From: Candidatus Bathyarchaeota archaeon
GTDB taxonomy: Archaea; Thermoproteota; Bathyarchaeia; Bathyarchaeales; Bathycorpusculaceae
Direction: 5' to 3'
DNA: 64,000 nt
NCBI GenBank assembly: GCA_963826715.1
Contig: CAWGYA010000008.1
Span: 960,001-1,024,000 of the forward strand
The position numbers and the translations under genes were made by a program. Below are positions 61,943 through 64,000 of this stretch, piece after piece (positions within the stretch are counted from its first letter, which is position 1; every line of letters starts with the position of its first letter). The notes under the pieces were generated by a model. That model was given only the letters and a program-made list of their open reading frames with translations, had not been told where the DNA came from and searched no databases.

Positions 61943-62529
61943 AGAACCCCACGTTCTATTTTGTAATTTTTTCTTTTCTTTTTCTGCAATTTTTTCTGTA
62001 AAGGTCTAACTGGCGCAGTCGAACTGCTTTTTGATTCAACAAACAAGCGTTCTTTTTTTCCCGAATAAGGATTTTGTCTTGTTGCTTCAAAATCGCATCC
62101 AGTTTTTTTTTCTGGTTACATTAAAACCTTGCATAGCATAACCGATTTCATGGAGTCGTTGTACGCCTAAACCAGTTGCTTGATTTTTTGCTAATTGGAC
62201 TCTTTTCTTTTGCTTCTTCGCTTTTTTGCAGCCAAATAGGTTGAAACCAAACCCTGACAAATCAATTCACTACATCGTTTATTGGATTGGGTTCGTTTAT
62301 AAGACTTACCTTTATTCTGTGAGGTCAAAAAATTCGGCGTTAACTGTTTTAACCGTAAATTTTGCGCCATGTTGAACAGAATGAGGTAGTTTCTTCCAAG
62401 TCAACTCCTGAAACCAAAAAACTTGCTTTTTGGTTGCTGTTCTACTTATTAGACAAAAACATCGAACAATTGGACTTAATCGATTGCTGTTACCAAAACG
62501 TTGAAATTGTCAGCGCACAAAGCTTTGAA

Positions 62530-62619
62530 TGGACTATGAAGATATCGAGGTACGGCGAAGCCCAACGGTGGGGAATTAAACGCCGTGGCTGATGAGAGCT
62601 TTTTCCGCTACTGAGTCCA
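62530..62619 (+). ncRNA. Box C/D methylation-guide sRNA
   Basis: terminal stem TGGAC/GTCCA; box C ATGAAGA 62536-42; D' GCGA 62555-58; C' TGATGA 62590-95; D CTGA 62611-14. Confidence 0.75.
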
Positions 62620-62728
62620 CTTAAACTAATATCCTCACTATATTGTGAGTGTATCGAGGTACGGCGAAGCCCAACGGTGGGGAATTAAACGCCGTGGCTG
62701 ATGAGAGCTTTTTCCGCAATTGAGTCCA
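62543..62728 (+). repeat. 77-bp direct repeat (62543-62619 / 62652-62728), period 109 bp
   Basis: first 66 bp identical, 2 mismatches in the last 11. Confidence 0.95.
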
Positions 62729-63164
62729 ACTTTCTGTGGAAGGAATGTTTTAAGCTAAAAAATCCGCTGGAATATGGAAAAACCGAGTAGATGGCTATAG
62801 TCTTTGTATTTTTTATGGATTTAAATTCTTAAAAATGAGCAGTGATAAAATAATGGAAGTAGGAAATTCTATTTTTTGTAGCAAATTGTCAAATGTTATT
62901 GGTTGTTTTACAATCAAAAGTCCATTTATGGAGGGAAAATAGTTTTTAGCATGCTGGAATACAGCATTCCACAAGATATACTCCTACACTTGGCGGATTT
63001 GCCGGTAAATTTGGACGGGGATCTTATAAATTCCTGAGGCTGATTTATCCTTTTGATTGAAGCTTTTGCTTTAAAAGGGGGATCGGTCAAGTCTACTTTG
63101 GTGACTACGTTTAGAATTATTTACCCATTTTATATCAAATTTATAAGGCTCTCGATGCAATGCT

Positions 63165-63539
63165 ATGCGCGTGAATATATTGAGTTACAAGGAGCACATG
63201 CATCCGAAAGTCAGTAAAGGAGAACTTCAACTTTTTCAGGCCCTAAGCAGCGCCGGTCTAACAGGGGGTATGGTTACTCAAAAACCCATTATCCTTAAAT
63301 CAACTATTCCTGATTTCTGCTGGATAGAAAAGCGCAAAATTGTCTACCTTGACGGCAATCCAGTCCATAAAAGCGATAAACAACTCGAAAGAGACGAGGA
63401 AATAACCGAACTTCTAGAGCGCCAGGGGTGGGATGTACTTCGCGTATCATACGATCCTCCGTTAACCGATAAGGCTCTAGCGAAGATATTGGAAACCATT
63501 AAGCTTTTCCTAAATGTAGATGAAGAAGACATCACTTAA
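63165..63539 (+). CDS. DUF559/Vsr-like PD-(D/E)XK-fold endonuclease-domain protein
   Basis: SKGE..LF..L, PDF, LDG..VH, RD......L...GW.VLR. Confidence 0.8.
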   Translation: MRVNILSYKEHMHPKVSKGELQLFQALSSAGLTGGMVTQKPIILKSTIPDFCWIEKRKIVYLDGNPVHKSDKQLERDEEITELLERQGWDVLRVSYDPPLTDKALAKILETIKLFLNVDEEDIT

Positions 63540-63794
63540 GTCTGAATTTAAAACCTTTGACTTCCGCCCACCTCCACTTAATTGGGTTTTTTAGACAACC
63601 TTGTGGGTCATAAATAAAAGAACGGTAGTATTTTTTTGGTTGTCTTGGACCTGCAGGATTAACGCAGCTATGTGAGCGTTCGAAAAGCACTCTGTAGCGA
63701 ATTAAAGAAAGTTTACATAGTAAATTTCAAAGTCGCCCTTAATATTGACAAAGAAAAAACTTTAGATGCAATGAGCTCAATTATGTATAACTAG

Positions 63795-64000
63795 GTGTTG
63801 ATTGCAATAGAGGATTTTCCGCCTGTAGCCTTCAAGCTTGGGAACGGTCAGACAAAAAGCGACCGTGAATGGCTAAAAAAGAAAAAAGAGTATTTCGAAA
63901 AAATTTGGAGCAAAAGTGGCACGAGAATACTTGGTAAAATTGAGGACACTTGTGGAGAGGCATTTACAAACACTGCCAAACAGAGCGGAATCATTGTTTT
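63795..64000 (+). CDS. hypothetical protein, truncated by the window end
   Basis: frame open from GTG 63795 to the end (..EDFPPVAFKLG..YFEKIWSKSGTRILGKIEDTCG..). Confidence 0.55.
   Translation, partial: MLIAIEDFPPVAFKLGNGQTKSDREWLKKKKEYFEKIWSKSGTRILGKIEDTCGEAFTNTAKQSGIIV

Noticed and set aside
61940-62520. Lys-rich broken frames and the 62362-62592 ORF
   Set aside because: Interrupted and unrecognisable; the tracked ORF runs through the C/D sRNA and is probably spurious.
62555-62605. Hammerhead/HDV-like ribozyme or fluoride riboswitch suggested by CTGATGA
   Set aside because: No correctly placed GAAA/UH core, no adjacent P3-P1 junction and no riboswitch pseudoknot; the C/D layout explains all motifs.
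62543-62728. CRISPR or TIGR-type guide array
   Set aside because: Only two units, the guide segments are essentially identical rather than variable, and no cas or Nop-domain gene is in the window.

Overview
Archaeal chromosomal window, most consistent with Bathyarchaeia (TACK): PolB1-type polymerase, exosome/proteasome and S13-RpoN operons, thermosome, AglB, CarS and a large anchored beta-propeller surface protein. Most of it is housekeeping, plus a five-gene split glutamate synthase cluster, tRNA-Glu(CUC) and an accessory-looking end (61-64 kb). Signals the ORF track does not show: (1) the aIF5B/IF2 gene can only contain its G1 GTPase motif if it starts at an ATA codon behind a Shine-Dalgarno; (2) a box C/D guide sRNA at 62530-62619, apparently aimed at the 23S peptidyl-transferase centre, whose 3' 77 nt are tandemly duplicated; (3) an Acinetobacter-type HAD/mannitol-1-phosphate dehydrogenase fusion; (4) an OSTC/DC2-like membrane protein near aglB; (5) a 22-aa Glu/Trp micropeptide with a strong SD; (6) a Dph6-family ATPase translationally coupled to a glutaminase; (7) a promoter-flanked structured ncRNA candidate at about 61.46 kb. 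All family calls come from motif recognition by eye and from memory; no searches were run.
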